A DNA stretch of 64,000 nt, from contig CAVTAM010000002.1 in NCBI GenBank assembly GCA_963732625.1, positions 31,807 through 95,806 of the forward strand. The letters are read 5' to 3'. A model generated the notes under the pieces. The model ran no database searches, had not been told where the DNA came from, and saw only the letters and a program-made list of their open reading frames with translations. Numbering within the stretch: position 1 is the stretch's first letter; the number at the start of each line of letters is the position of its first letter. Below, piece after piece: positions 9,523-19,322 of this stretch. Origin of the DNA: an uncultured beta proteobacterium. GTDB taxonomy: Bacteria; Pseudomonadota; Gammaproteobacteria; Burkholderiales; Burkholderiaceae_C. The translations under genes were made by a program, and so were the position numbers.

Positions 9523-12500
9523 ATGCGCATCTCCGAACTGACCATCCGCCGCCCGGTGCTGGCTTGCGTGATGTCGCTGCTGATCGTGCTCGTCGGCATC
9601 GTTTCGTACAACCAGCTCACGGTGCGCGAATACCCACGCATCGACGAGCCGGTGGTCACGGTGAGCACGCGCCTGGTCGGCGCGTCGTCGGAGGTGATCG
9701 AGTCGCAGATCACCAAGCCGCTCGAAGATTCGATTGCGGGCATCGACGGCGTGGACATCCTGACGTCCATCTCCCGCGCCGAGCAGAGCCAGATCACGGT
9801 GCGCTTCAAGCTCAGCAAACCGCCGGAAGCCGCCGCCGCCGACGTGCGCGACCGCGTGGCGCGTGTGCGCAACCGCCTGCCCGAGGCCGCCGACGAGCCG
9901 CAGGTCTCGAAGGTGGAGGCCGATGCCTCGCCGGTGATCTGGCTGGCCTTCACCAGCGAGACGATGAGCGCCGCTCGAAGTGACCGACATCATCAACCGC
10001 GTCGTCAAGCCGCGGCTGCAGACCATCCCCGGCGTGGCCGACGTGCAGATCGGCGGCGACCGCCGCTACGCGATGCGCATCTGGCTCGACCCCGACCGCC
10101 TGGCGGCGTATCGCATCACCGTGGCCGATGTCGAAGACGCGCTGCGCCGGCAGAACCTCGAGGTGCCGGCCGGCCGCATCGAAAGCCAGCAGCGCGAGTT
10201 CAGCGTCACCTCGCGCACCGATCTCAACACCGTGCCGCAGTTCGCCGACATCGCGTTGAAGCAAGCCGGCAACTACACGGTGCGCCTGCGCGACGTTGGC
10301 CGTGTCGAAGAGTCCGCCGCCAGCGAGCGCAGCTACGTGCGATTGAACGGCGTGCCTTCGGTCTCGACCGGCATCATCCGCAACGCCACCGCGAATCCGC
10401 TCGAAGTCTCGCAAGGCGTGCGCGACCTGATGCCGCAGATCCAGCGCGACATCCCGCCGCAGTTGAAGGTGATCCAGGCCAACGACAACTCGGTCTTCAT
10501 CGACCGTTCGATCAAGAGCGTCTACACGACGATCGCCGAAGCCGTTGCGCTGGTCGCGCTCGTCGTGTTCGTGTTCTTGCGCACGCTGCGCGCGTCGATC
10601 ATTCCGCTGGTGACGATTCCGGTGAGCCTGATCGGCGCGTTCGCGCTGATGGCGGTGGCTGGTTTCACGGTCAACACGCTCACGTTGTTGGCGCTGGTGC
10701 TGGCGATCGGCCTCGTCGTCGACGACGCGATCGTCGTGCTGGAGAACATCTTCCGCCACATCGAGGAAGGGCTGCCGCCATTTCAAGCGGCGATCAAGGG
10801 CGCGCGCGAGATTGCCTTCGCCGTGGTCGCGATGACGCTGACGCTGGCCGCGGTGTTTGCGCCGCTGGCGTTCACCCCCGGCCGCACCGGCCGCCTCTTC
10901 GCCGAGTTCGCCTTGACGCTCGCCGGCGCGGTGATCGTCTCCGGCTTCGTCGCGCTCACGCTGACGCCGATGATGTGCAGCAAGCTGCTGCGCCACAACG
11001 CCAACCCGGGCTGGTTCGACCGCACGATGGAGCGCGTGCTCGTCGGCATGACCGGCGCCTACCGCAGCGCGCTCGGCGCGGTGCTCAACCAGCGCTGGAT
11101 CGTGCTCGTCGTCATGCTGGCCAGTGGCGTCGGCAGCTGGTGGCTGTTTTCCACCACCAAGAGCGAACTCTCGCCGATGGAAGACCGCGGCGTGATCCTG
11201 CTGCCGGTGTCGGCGCCCGAAGGCTCGTCGCTCGAGTACACGCGCCGCTATCTCGATGCGGTGGGCAACATCGCCATGCAGCAGCCGGACTTCGACCGTG
11301 TCTTCGTCTTTCTCGGCGGCGGTGGCAACAACAGCGTTGCCCAGGGCACTGTGATCCTGCGCGCCAAGGACTGGAGCGAACGCACGCGCAGCACGCAGGA
11401 GGCGGCGCGGGCGATGCAGCCGCAACTCTCGGCGCTGCCCGGCGTGAACGCGTTCCCGATCACGCCGCCGAGCCTGGGCCAGGGCTTTCGCTCGCAGCCG
11501 ATCAACTTCGTCGTCGTCACCAACGAGTCGTACGAGAACCTGCAGCGCGCCACGCAGGCCATCGTCGCCGAGATGCAGAAAAACCCCGGCTTCGTGCAGC
11601 CCGACACCGACCTGCGGCTGAACAAACCCGAGTTGCTGATCGAGGTCGATCGTGACCGCGCGGCCGACCAGGGCGTGGCGGTGGATCAGGTGGCGCGCAC
11701 GGTGGAGACGATGCTCGGCGGGCGCAACGTCACGCGCTACAAGCGCGGCTCGGATCAGTACGACGTCATCGTGCAGACGGTGGCCGCGGGCCGCGCGACG
11801 CCGGACGACATTGCAAAACTCTTCGTGCGCACGCGCAACGACACCATGGTGCCGCTGTCGTCACTGGTCAAGGTCAGCGAGTCGGTAGCGGCGCGCGAGT
11901 TGAACCACTTCAACCAGCGCCGCTCGGTGACGATCACCGCCAACCTGGCGCCGAACTTCGCGCTCGGCGAAGCGCTGGCCTTCATGGACGCCACCGCGGC
12001 CAAGGTGCTCGAGCCCGGCTACGCGACCGAGTTGAACGGCGTCAGCCGCGAGTTCCGTGCCTCGTCGGGCGCGCTCGGCCTGGTCTTCGTGCTGGCGCTG
12101 GTCTTCATCTTCTTGGTACTCGCCGCGCAGTTCGAAAGTTTTGTCGATCCGTTCATCATCCTGCTCGCGGTGCCGCTGTCGATGGTCGGCGCGCTCGCAG
12201 CATTGCAACTCTCGGGCGGCACGCTCAACGTCTATTCGCAGATCGGCCTGGTGACGCTGATCGGCCTGATCACCAAACACGGCATCCTCATCGTCGAGTT
12301 CAGCAACCAGTTGCGGCAGCAGGGCCGCGACGTCCGCGACGCGGTGATGCAAGCCGCCACGCTGCGCCTGCGCCCGATCCTGATGACCACCGGCGCGATG
12401 GTGCTCGGCGCGCTGCCGCTGGCGCTGGCCACCGGCGCCGGTGCCGAGAGCCGCCAGCAGATCGGCTGGGTCATCGTCGGCGGCATGAGCGTCGGCACGC

Positions 12501-12607
12501 TGCTGACGATCTTCGTCGTGCCGACGGTCTACACCTGGTTCGCAAGGGCGCGTGTGCCGGGCGAGATCACCGAGCTGGCGAGCGCGGACGCGGTTGCGGC
12601 GAAGTAG
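9523..12607 (+). CDS. RND multidrug efflux permease (AcrB/MdtB family). One 1-nt frame change near 9968-9972.
   Basis: The N-terminus lies in the frame of ORF 9523..11655 (MRISELTIRRPVLACVMSLLIVLVGIVSYNQL...). The rest lies in ORF 9980..12607 (TDIINRVVKPRLQTIPGVADVQIGG...). Together they give a roughly 1027-aa 12-TM RND protein. Confidence 0.9.
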
Positions 12608-12971
12608 CTGGGGGCGCGGCCCGGCCGCTCCTTCGGGGCTGCGCGGCCACCCATTGCTTCAACGCATCGTCCATGCGCGTCTGCCAGCCTTCGCCGCCCG
12701 CGCGGAAGAACTCCAGCACCTCTGCGCTGTAGCGCACGCTGACGAGTTGTTTGGTGGGCGCAACCTGCGGCCCACGCTGGCCCGGCTTGCGCTTCGCGGC
12801 CACGGCATCACGCACCGCAGCGTAGCCGCCGCCCTTGACGACGACAGCGTCTTTCCATTTCGCGGCTTCCTTCGGGTTGAGGACGCGGTCTTTGCCCGGC
12901 GCACGAGCAATGACTTCTTCCCATTCCAAAGGCTTAGCGGGCCGTTTCTTTGACGTAATTCCTGACTTCAT
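12567..12971 (-). CDS. brnA: BrnA-type antitoxin (DUF4415-like)
   Basis: ORF 12567..12971. The C-terminal motif VSVRYSAEVLEFFRAGGEGWQTRMDDALKQWV is characteristic. It lies immediately downstream of, and overlapping, brnT. Confidence 0.7.
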   Translation of the reverse strand: MKSGITSKKRPAKPLEWEEVIARAPGKDRVLNPKEAAKWKDAVVVKGGGYAAVRDAVAAKRKPGQRGPQVAPTKQLVSVRYSAEVLEFFRAGGEGWQTRMDDALKQWVAAQPRRSGRAAPPATSPQPRPRSPAR

Positions 12972-13206
12972 GTTTCTCTGCCTTTCGCAGGCTGATAGCG
13001 TGGAAGTCGTCGTCTCGTTCCGTGTAGGTCAGGTGGACGACTTCCCCGTGGAGCCAACCGATGGCGTTGAGACGAAGCTCGCCATATCGGTCGCGTTTGT
13101 CTTCAAACACCACGACCGGTCCGTCGAACAACTGCTCGCAACCCTCGAAGTCGAGACCGTGTTCGCGCAGGTTCTTGCGGCGTTTGGCCTCGTCCCAGGT
13201 CGGCAT
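12934..13206 (-). CDS. brnT: BrnT-family toxin (DUF497)
   Basis: ORF 12934..13206. WDEAKRRKNLREHGLDFEGCEQLFDGPVVVFEDKRDRYGELRLNAIG...VHLTYTERDDDFHAISLRKAEKHE matches the BrnT pattern. Confidence 0.8.
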   Translation of the reverse strand: MPTWDEAKRRKNLREHGLDFEGCEQLFDGPVVVFEDKRDRYGELRLNAIGWLHGEVVHLTYTERDDDFHAISLRKAEKHEVRNYVKETAR

Positions 13207-13248
13207 GGTTTGATTGTAGCTACGAAAAACCTCGCTGGCGAGTCGCTT

Positions 13249-13596
13249 TCACCCCGCCCGCGACGCCGCATGCACCCCGAACACGCCGACGACGATCAGC
13301 CCGATGCTGACCAGCTTCAACGCCGTCGCCGGCTCCTTGAAGTACCAGAAGCCGATGGCCGCGGTGGCGACGGTGCCGACGCCGGACCAGACGGCATAGA
13401 CGACCGACAGGCCGAGCACGCGGATGACGAAGGTGTTGAGCGCGAACGAAACGGCATAGAAGACGAAGATCATCACCGACGGTGTCAGGCGCGTGAAGCC
13501 GTCGGACAGGCGCATGCAGACCGTGCCGCCGATCTCGAAGACGATCGCGGCGGCGAGCAGCCACCAGGCTTGTGCAAAGGTCGGCGTGAAGCTCAC
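13249..13596 (-). CDS. SMR-family small multidrug/quaternary-cation efflux protein
   Basis: ORF 13249..13596. 115 aa with four TM segments, a conserved membrane Glu (AAIVFEIGGT) and YAVWSGVGTV. Confidence 0.85.
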   Translation of the reverse strand: MSFTPTFAQAWWLLAAAIVFEIGGTVCMRLSDGFTRLTPSVMIFVFYAVSFALNTFVIRVLGLSVVYAVWSGVGTVATAAIGFWYFKEPATALKLVSIGLIVVGVFGVHAASRAG

Positions 13597-14868
13597 ACGA
13601 GGCCGTCGAACGGGATCACGTCGACTTCATCGCCCGCATTCACGTTGCCTTGCTCGTGGTGCAGCACGACCATGCCGTTGGCCGCGCTCATCGATGACAG
13701 GATGCCGGAGCCCTGGCTGCCGGTGATGGCGACCTGCCAGCGGCCATCTGCGTCGCGGGTGACGATGCCGCGCTGGTATTCGGTGCGGCCGGGCTTCTTG
13801 CGCAGCGGCGTGGTGCAGGCGGCGCGCAGCAGCGGCTGAGCGGCTTCGGTCATGCCGCTCATCGCGCGCAGGGCGTCGCGCACGAAGGCGTAGAAGGTCA
13901 CCATCACGGCCACCGGGTTGCCGGGCAGGCCGAAGAGGATGGCGTTGTCGATGCGCCCAATCGCCATCGGCCGGCCCGGCCGCATCGCGATGCGCCAGAA
14001 CAGCACGTCGCCGAGCTCGGCCATGATCTTCTTCGTGTGGTCGGCCTCGCCGACGGAGACGCCGCCGGAGGTGATGACGGCGTCGGCGCTCGCCGCCGCT
14101 TCGCTGAACGCGGCGCGCAGCGCGGCCGGGTCGTCGCGCACGACGCCGAGGTCGATCACGTCGCAGCCCAGGCGCTGCAACATGCCCCAGATGGTGTAGC
14201 GGTTGCTGTCGTAGACGCAGCCGGCGGGCAGCGGCTCGCCGATCGAGCGCAGCTCGTCGCCGGTGGAAAAGAAGGCGACGCGCAGCTTGCGAAACACCGG
14301 CACTTCGGCCTGGCCAAGCGAGGCCAGCAGGCCAAGATCGGCAGGGCGCAGCAGGCGGCCGGCGCGCAGCGCCGACGAGCCGCGGGCGAGGTCTTCGCCT
14401 TTGAGCCGGCGGTTGTCGCCCGCGCAAACGACATTCGCGGGGATGCGCACGGCGTTGTCGCCGTCGAGCTTGGTGAACTCCTGCGGCACGACGGTGTCGA
14501 GGCCGTCCGGCATCACCGCGCCGGTCATGATGCGCACGCAGTGGCCGGCCGGCACCGTGCCGCTGAAGTTCTGCCCGGCGAAGCCGGTGCCGGCGATGCG
14601 CAGCACCGAGTCGGCGTCGCTGGCCAGGTCCGCGCCGCGCAGCGCATAGCCGTCCATCGCCGAGTTGTCGTGAGAGGGCACGTCGATCTGCGAGACGATG
14701 TCGCGTGCCAGCACGCGGCCGAGTGATGCGCGCAGGGCGATGCTCTCGACGGCCGTCACGCGCGGCACCAGGCGCGCGATGAACTCCTGCGCCTGTGCCA
14801 CCGGCAGCGCGTTCGGGTCGTAGCCGGCAACGCAGGAGGCGATCTGTTCGAGGGTCTGCGAGCTCATC
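13593..14868 (-). CDS. moeA: Molybdopterin molybdenumtransferase MoeA (copy 1)
   Basis: Lower part of ORF 13593..15716, starting at [12 protein letters not shown]. Motifs SHDNSAMDGYAL, FFSTGDEL, TSGGVSVGEADH, LPGNPVA. The stop overlaps the SMR gene start (ATGA). Confidence 0.9.
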
Positions 14869-15389
14869 TCAGATTCAGCAGCATGTGGTGCTTGTCGAAG
14901 AACTTGCCGCCGACGCGGATCGCGCGCGGCAGCGTGCCGTAGCGCACGAAGCCGCTGCGCTCGTACAGGCCGCTCGGCCGCCGCATTGCCGGCGGTGACG
15001 TTGAGCGTGAGCTGGTGCAACTCAGCGTCGGCGCTGGCGCGCTCGATCAGCGCATCGATCAACGCGCGGCCGACGCCGCGGCCCTGTTCGTCGGTGTGCA
15101 CCATCATGCCGATGATGTGGCCGATGTGCTGCACCTTGATGCGCGCATCGTGCTCGCAGGTGGCAGCGCCGACGAGCCGGTCGCCGCGGAAGGCGCCGAG
15201 CGTGAAGGACCGCGAGTCGTCGCTGCCCAGGCGCGCCGCATAGCTTTGCGCGGTGCGCAGGGCTTCTGTCGCCGCGTCCGAGGTGAAGGCCTCTTCATGC
15301 TGAGACATCACATGAACGCGCAGCGCCTTGTAGGCGTCGAGGTCGCTGGCTTGCAGCGCGCGCACGACGAGACCGGGTTGCAGCGTCAT
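14865..15389 (-). CDS. GNAT-family N-acetyltransferase. One 1-nt frame change near 14968-14973.
   Basis: [23 protein letters not shown]...[27 protein letters not shown]...[13 protein letters not shown]. After a 1-nt correction it continues [35 protein letters not shown] and stops at a TGA overlapping the moeA ATG. Its own ATG overlaps the mobA stop. Confidence 0.75.
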
Positions 15390-15982
15390 CTTTGAAGCTG
15401 CGCCAGTTCCTGCGCCGTGTTGGCGTTGAAGAACGCCTTGGCATCGGCAAAGCGCACCGGCACCGCCTTGTGCTGCGCAAACCAGGCGTCGATCTTGCGG
15501 CCGCCGCCCTGCATGAAGGCGACGAGGCTTTCCATCAACTCGCTTTTCAGCAGGCAGAACACCGGATGCGTCTGCTCGCGGCCGTCGGCTTCTGTCGTCA
15601 CGGCGTAGGCGATGTCGGCTTGCTGCTCTTCGGCGGCGCGGGCGAGTTGCGCCACCAGGTCGAGCGGAAAGTCCGGCGTGTCGCAGGGCACGGTGACGAG
15701 CCACGGCGTTTGACATTGCTCGAGCCCGACGAGCACGCCGGCCAGCGGCCCGGCAAAGTTGTCGATCGAGTCCGGATACACCGGCGCGCCGAGCGCTTCG
15801 TAAGCACCGAGGTTGCGGTTGGCGTTGATCAGCATCGCGCCGACCTGCGGCTGCAAGCGCATCAGCGCGTGCATCGCCAGCGGCAGGCCGCGGTGGTTCT
15901 GCAAGCCTTTGTCGACGCCGCCCATGCGGCTGCCGCGGCCGCCGGCGAGGATGAGGCCGGTGATGCCGGTGGCAGCAATCAT
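15386..15982 (-). CDS. mobA: Molybdenum cofactor guanylyltransferase MobA
   Basis: ORF 15386..16051. Start placed at [22 protein letters not shown] (the typical N-terminus). Upstream in-frame codons are the REP-like element. DKGLQ and PCDTP motifs are present. Confidence 0.85.
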   Translation of the reverse strand: MIAATGITGLILAGGRGSRMGGVDKGLQNHRGLPLAMHALMRLQPQVGAMLINANRNLGAYEALGAPVYPDSIDNFAGPLAGVLVGLEQCQTPWLVTVPCDTPDFPLDLVAQLARAAEEQQADIAYAVTTEADGREQTHPVFCLLKSELMESLVAFMQGGGRKIDAWFAQHKAVPVRFADAKAFFNANTAQELAQLQR

Positions 15983-16004
15983 CGCTGGCCAGCGCCGGGC
16001 CGCT

Positions 16005-16055
16005 CCCAAGCAGCCAGCGCTCCCCTGGGGGGATGCGAGCGAAGCGAGCAAGGGG
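16005..16055. repeat. REP-like GC-rich palindromic element (family shared with 46920-46973)
   Basis: cccaag...gcgctcccctgggggg...gcgaagcgagcaagggg. Its reverse complement aligns at about 80% by eye over ~55 nt with the element inside thrC. Confidence 0.5.
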
Positions 16056-16062
16056 CCGTCAT

Positions 16063-17238
16063 CTAGCCTCCGATGTAGTGCATCTCGACCTTGCGCTCCA
16101 GGCTCGGCGCGGCACCGGCGCTGCGCAACTCGGAGTAGCGGTCGCTGCGCTGCGTCCAGATCTCGGCCAGTGCGCCGGCAATCTGCCCGTCGCTCGCATT
16201 GGTTTCACGCAGCAGGTGCCGCAGGTCATGGCCCTGGGTCGCGAACAGGCACAGGTACAGCTTGCCCTCGGTGGACAGCCGTGCGCGGTTGCAGTCGCGG
16301 CAGAAGGCTTGCGTGACGCTCGAGATGACGCCGATCTCGCCGCCGCCGTCGGCGTAGCGCCAGCGCTCGGCCGTCTCGCCTTCGCTCTGCGCGCCGATCG
16401 GCTGCAGCGGGTACACGCGGCCGATGCGCTCGATCAGCTCGCGCGACGGCAGCACATGGTCCATGCGCCAGCCGTTGGTCTGGCCGACGTCCATGTACTC
16501 GATGAAGCGCAGCACGACCGCGCCGCCGTAGTGCTCGCGGAACCAGCGCGCCATCGGCAGCACTTCGCCGTCGTTGGTGCCGCGCTTGACGACCATGTTG
16601 ACCTTGACCGGGCTCAAGCCCGCAGCCAATGCCGCGTCGATGCCGGCCAGCACATCGGCCACCGGGAAGCCGACGTCGTTCATGCGCTGGAAGATCGCGT
16701 CGTCGAGCGCGTCGAGGCTGACGGTGATGCGCTTGAGGCCGGCGTCGGCGAGCGCTTGCGCTTTCTTCGTCAGCAAGGAGCCGTTGGTGGTGAGCGTCAG
16801 GTCGAGCGCCTGGCCGTCGGCGCTGCGCAGTTCGGCCAGCATGCCGACCAGCACTTCGAGGTGCTTGCGCAGCGTCGGCTCGCCGCCGGTGAGGCGAATC
16901 TTCTTCACGCCGTGCGATGCGAAGACGCGCGCCAGCCGCGTGATCTCTTCGAAGCTGAGCAGCGAGGTCTGCGGCAGGAAGGCGTAGTCGCGGTCGAAGA
17001 CTTCCTTGGGCATGCAGTAGCTGCAGCGGAAATTGCAGCGGTCGGTGACCGAGATGCGCAGGTCGCGCAGCGGCCGGCCGAGCGTGTCGGCGAGCAGGCC
17101 GTTGGGTGCGCGCACGTCGGCGGGCAGGCGCGGCACGAGCGCAGGGTGGCGCTGCTCGGCGATCGGGATCACGCCAGCCTTGCGGCTTTGCGTCGAGGGT
17201 GGCAGTGAGGCTTCGCCCATGCGGCGATTGTGCTGCAC
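16063..17238 (-). CDS. moaA: GTP 3',8-cyclase MoaA (radical SAM)
   Basis: ORF 16063..17238. [18 protein letters not shown] radical-SAM cluster motif, and C-terminal [21 protein letters not shown]. The start codon is uncertain (17238 or 17220). Confidence 0.9.
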   Translation of the reverse strand: MQHNRRMGEASLPPSTQSRKAGVIPIAEQRHPALVPRLPADVRAPNGLLADTLGRPLRDLRISVTDRCNFRCSYCMPKEVFDRDYAFLPQTSLLSFEEITRLARVFASHGVKKIRLTGGEPTLRKHLEVLVGMLAELRSADGQALDLTLTTNGSLLTKKAQALADAGLKRITVSLDALDDAIFQRMNDVGFPVADVLAGIDAALAAGLSPVKVNMVVKRGTNDGEVLPMARWFREHYGGAVVLRFIEYMDVGQTNGWRMDHVLPSRELIERIGRVYPLQPIGAQSEGETAERWRYADGGGEIGVISSVTQAFCRDCNRARLSTEGKLYLCLFATQGHDLRHLLRETNASDGQIAGALAEIWTQRSDRYSELRSAGAAPSLERKVEMHYIGG

Positions 17239-17251
17239 GGCCGAAGCCTGT

Positions 17252-17794
17252 TCAGCCGCCGGGGGCAGGGAGTGCGTTGGCGATCACCAGCCGCCGTGCG
17301 CCGTCGAAGCGCTGCAGCCAGTAGCTGCTGCGCATCGGCTCCAGCCGCACCACGGCGCCGGTGCGCGGCGCATGGATGAAACGGCCGTCGCCGATGTAGA
17401 TGCCGACATGCGAGTTGGTGCGCTGCAGCGTGTTGAAGAAGACGAGGTCGCCGGGCTGCAACTCGAAGCCCGGCACATCGACAAAGCGCGCCGCGCCGGC
17501 CTGCTCGTGCGAGCGCCGCGGCAGCGCGACGCCCAGGTGCGTATGGAACAGGTGGCGCGTGAAGCCGCTGCAATCGAAGCCGTTTTCGATGTCGTTGCCG
17601 CCCAGCCGATAGGGCACGCCGACCAGGCCGATCGCCGACACCAGCAGCCCGGCGACGCGCGGGTCCGGCGCCGTCTCGACGGTCGTGCGGCGGTCGAACG
17701 GCGTGCGCCGCAGCGCAGCGGGCGGCGTCGCGCAGCCCCACAGGCCGCTCAAAAGGGCCAGCGTGGCGAGGTGGGTGGCGCGGCGGGTCGGCAT
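17252..17794 (-). CDS. NlpC/P60 (C40) cell-wall peptidase lipoprotein
   Basis: Lower part of ORF 17252..18133. Start at [21 protein letters not shown] (lipobox). Catalytic motif [16 protein letters not shown] and [15 protein letters not shown]. Confidence 0.85.
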   Translation of the reverse strand: MPTRRATHLATLALLSGLWGCATPPAALRRTPFDRRTTVETAPDPRVAGLLVSAIGLVGVPYRLGGNDIENGFDCSGFTRHLFHTHLGVALPRRSHEQAGAARFVDVPGFELQPGDLVFFNTLQRTNSHVGIYIGDGRFIHAPRTGAVVRLEPMRSSYWLQRFDGARRLVIANALPAPGG

Positions 17795-17868
17795 CGGATT
17801 GAGGGTATCCGCAATTGCGCCGATTCTCAATACCGACAAGGGTTTACGGTCTTTATTGCATGTGAAAT

Positions 17869-18140
17869 CTAGGGTGTGCTGACATATCAATCGTGCCCGC
17901 GCCGGGGTGGCCAAGGGCACTGGCGTAGGCGCGCCGCGCGGCCCGGGCTCGACGCCCGGGCAAGCGGCGCAACACCCGCCAGTGCCCTTGGGTACCCCGG
18001 CCCTTCGGGTGGGACCCCAGAAAGGGCCCACTCGGTGTTGCAAGGCTTCGCCGGGGCCCAACCCCGGCTGTGCCTTGCGCCTGGATTGGGCCCTTTCTGG
18101 GGTCCCACGCGGGCACGATTCATATGTCAACACACCCTAG
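17869..18140. mobile_element. 272-bp MITE-like foldback element with 33-bp terminal inverted repeats
   Basis: 17869-17901 (ctagggtgtgctgacatatcaatcgtgcccgcg) matches the reverse complement of 18108-18140 at 31/33 positions. Nested inner inverted repeats: 17911-17925/17977-17991 and a perfect 20-mer at 18011-18030/18087-18106. It is intergenic with no coherent ORF. The TA dinucleotide next to each GGGTGTG end is a possible target-site duplication. Confidence 0.55.
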
Positions 18141-18230
18141 ATGCCGGCGAGGTCCGCCCGCGTCAGCACCTGCGGCGCCAATGGCCGCGCGCCGCGCGCG
18201 CACACACAATGCGAGCAAGGAGACAACGTC

Positions 18231-19238
18231 ATGTTCAAAGCACTCTGGTTGCAGAAGGATGACGCCGGCTTTCGCGCCGGTGTCGAATCGCTGGCCGACG
18301 ATCGGCTGCCGGCGCTGGGCGACGGCGATGTGCTGCTCGCCGTCGAGTACTCGACGCTGAACTACAAGGATGGCCTGGCGATCACCAACAAGGGTCCGGT
18401 GGTGCGCACGTGGCCGATGGTGCCGGGCATCGACGGTGCGGGCACGGTCATCGACAGCCGGCATGCGAAGTGGAAGGCCGGCGACCGTGTGATCCACAAC
18501 GGCTGGGGTGTCGGCGAAACGCGCTGGGGCTGCCTGGCCGAACGCGCCGTGCTTTCGGGCCACGGCCTGGTGCGCTTGCCGGCGAACTTCACGCCGCGGC
18601 AGGCGATGGCGATCGGCACCGCGGGCTACACCGCGATGCTGTGCCTGCTGGCGATCGAGCGTCATGGCGCCACGCCCGCCGAGGGTGAGGTGCTCGTCAC
18701 CGGCGCCACCGGCGGCGTCGGCAGCGTCGCCGTGGCGCTGCTCTCGAAGCTGGGCTGGCGCGTCGTCGCCTCGACCGGCAAGGCGCACGAAGCGGCGTAC
18801 CTGACGTCGCTCGGCGCCGCCGAAGTCATCGACCGCGCCGCGCTCGGCGCCGCCGGCAAGCCGTTGCAGAAAGAGCGCTGGGCCGCCGTGGTCGACACGC
18901 TGGGCTCGCACACCCTGGCCAACGCCTGCGCGCAAACGCGCTACGGCGGCGTGGTGGCGGCGTGCGGCCTGGCGCAGGGCATGGACCTGCCATCGAGCGT
19001 GGCGCCGTTCATCCTGCGCGGCGTCACGCTGGCTGGTGTGGACAGCGTGATGTGCCCGCTGCCGCAGCGCGAACAGGCGTGGCAGCGCCTGGCGCGCGAC
19101 CTCGATGCGAAGCTGCTCGAATCGATGACCACCGAAGTCGGCCTCGATCAGGCCATCGCCAAGGCCGACGCGCTGATGCAGGGTCAACTGCGCGGGCGCG
19201 TCGTCGTGCGCACCGGCATCTCCACCATCACCGCCTGA
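18231..19238 (+). CDS. acuI: Acrylyl-CoA reductase / YhdH-family MDR oxidoreductase
   Basis: ATG at 18231 preceded by AAGGAG. MFKALWLQKDD...STLNYKDGLAITNKGPVVRTWPMVPGIDGAGTV...GWGVGETRWGCLAE aligns along its length with E. coli YhdH as I remember it. Confidence 0.85.
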   Translation: MFKALWLQKDDAGFRAGVESLADDRLPALGDGDVLLAVEYSTLNYKDGLAITNKGPVVRTWPMVPGIDGAGTVIDSRHAKWKAGDRVIHNGWGVGETRWGCLAERAVLSGHGLVRLPANFTPRQAMAIGTAGYTAMLCLLAIERHGATPAEGEVLVTGATGGVGSVAVALLSKLGWRVVASTGKAHEAAYLTSLGAAEVIDRAALGAAGKPLQKERWAAVVDTLGSHTLANACAQTRYGGVVAACGLAQGMDLPSSVAPFILRGVTLAGVDSVMCPLPQREQAWQRLARDLDAKLLESMTTEVGLDQAIAKADALMQGQLRGRVVVRTGISTITA

Positions 19239-19322
19239 CCCGGCGCCGTGCAGCCGCTGTCGCAGCAGCGGCCGGGTTGGCGGTTCTTCGTGATCGCGCG
19301 TGTCTCGTCGCTCGTTTGGCGC

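Noticed and set aside
13593-15716. 707-aa GNAT-MoeA fusion with a long N-terminal extension
   Set aside because: The extension overlaps mobA out of frame. The GNAT C-terminus ([12 protein letters not shown]...) is recovered in the neighbouring frame and ends in a TGA overlapping the moeA ATG.
17239-17251. Moco riboswitch upstream of moaA, and fluoride riboswitch upstream of crcB (51593)
   Set aside because: There is no room for either. Only 13 nt separate moaA from the upstream gene stop, and the crcB start overlaps the moaE stop. I saw no matching conserved motifs.
17853-18262. Several 60-130-aa ORFs inside and around the MITE-like element
   Set aside because: They occur in multiple frames on both strands, are Gly/Pro/Arg-rich, and are generated by the palindromic structure itself.
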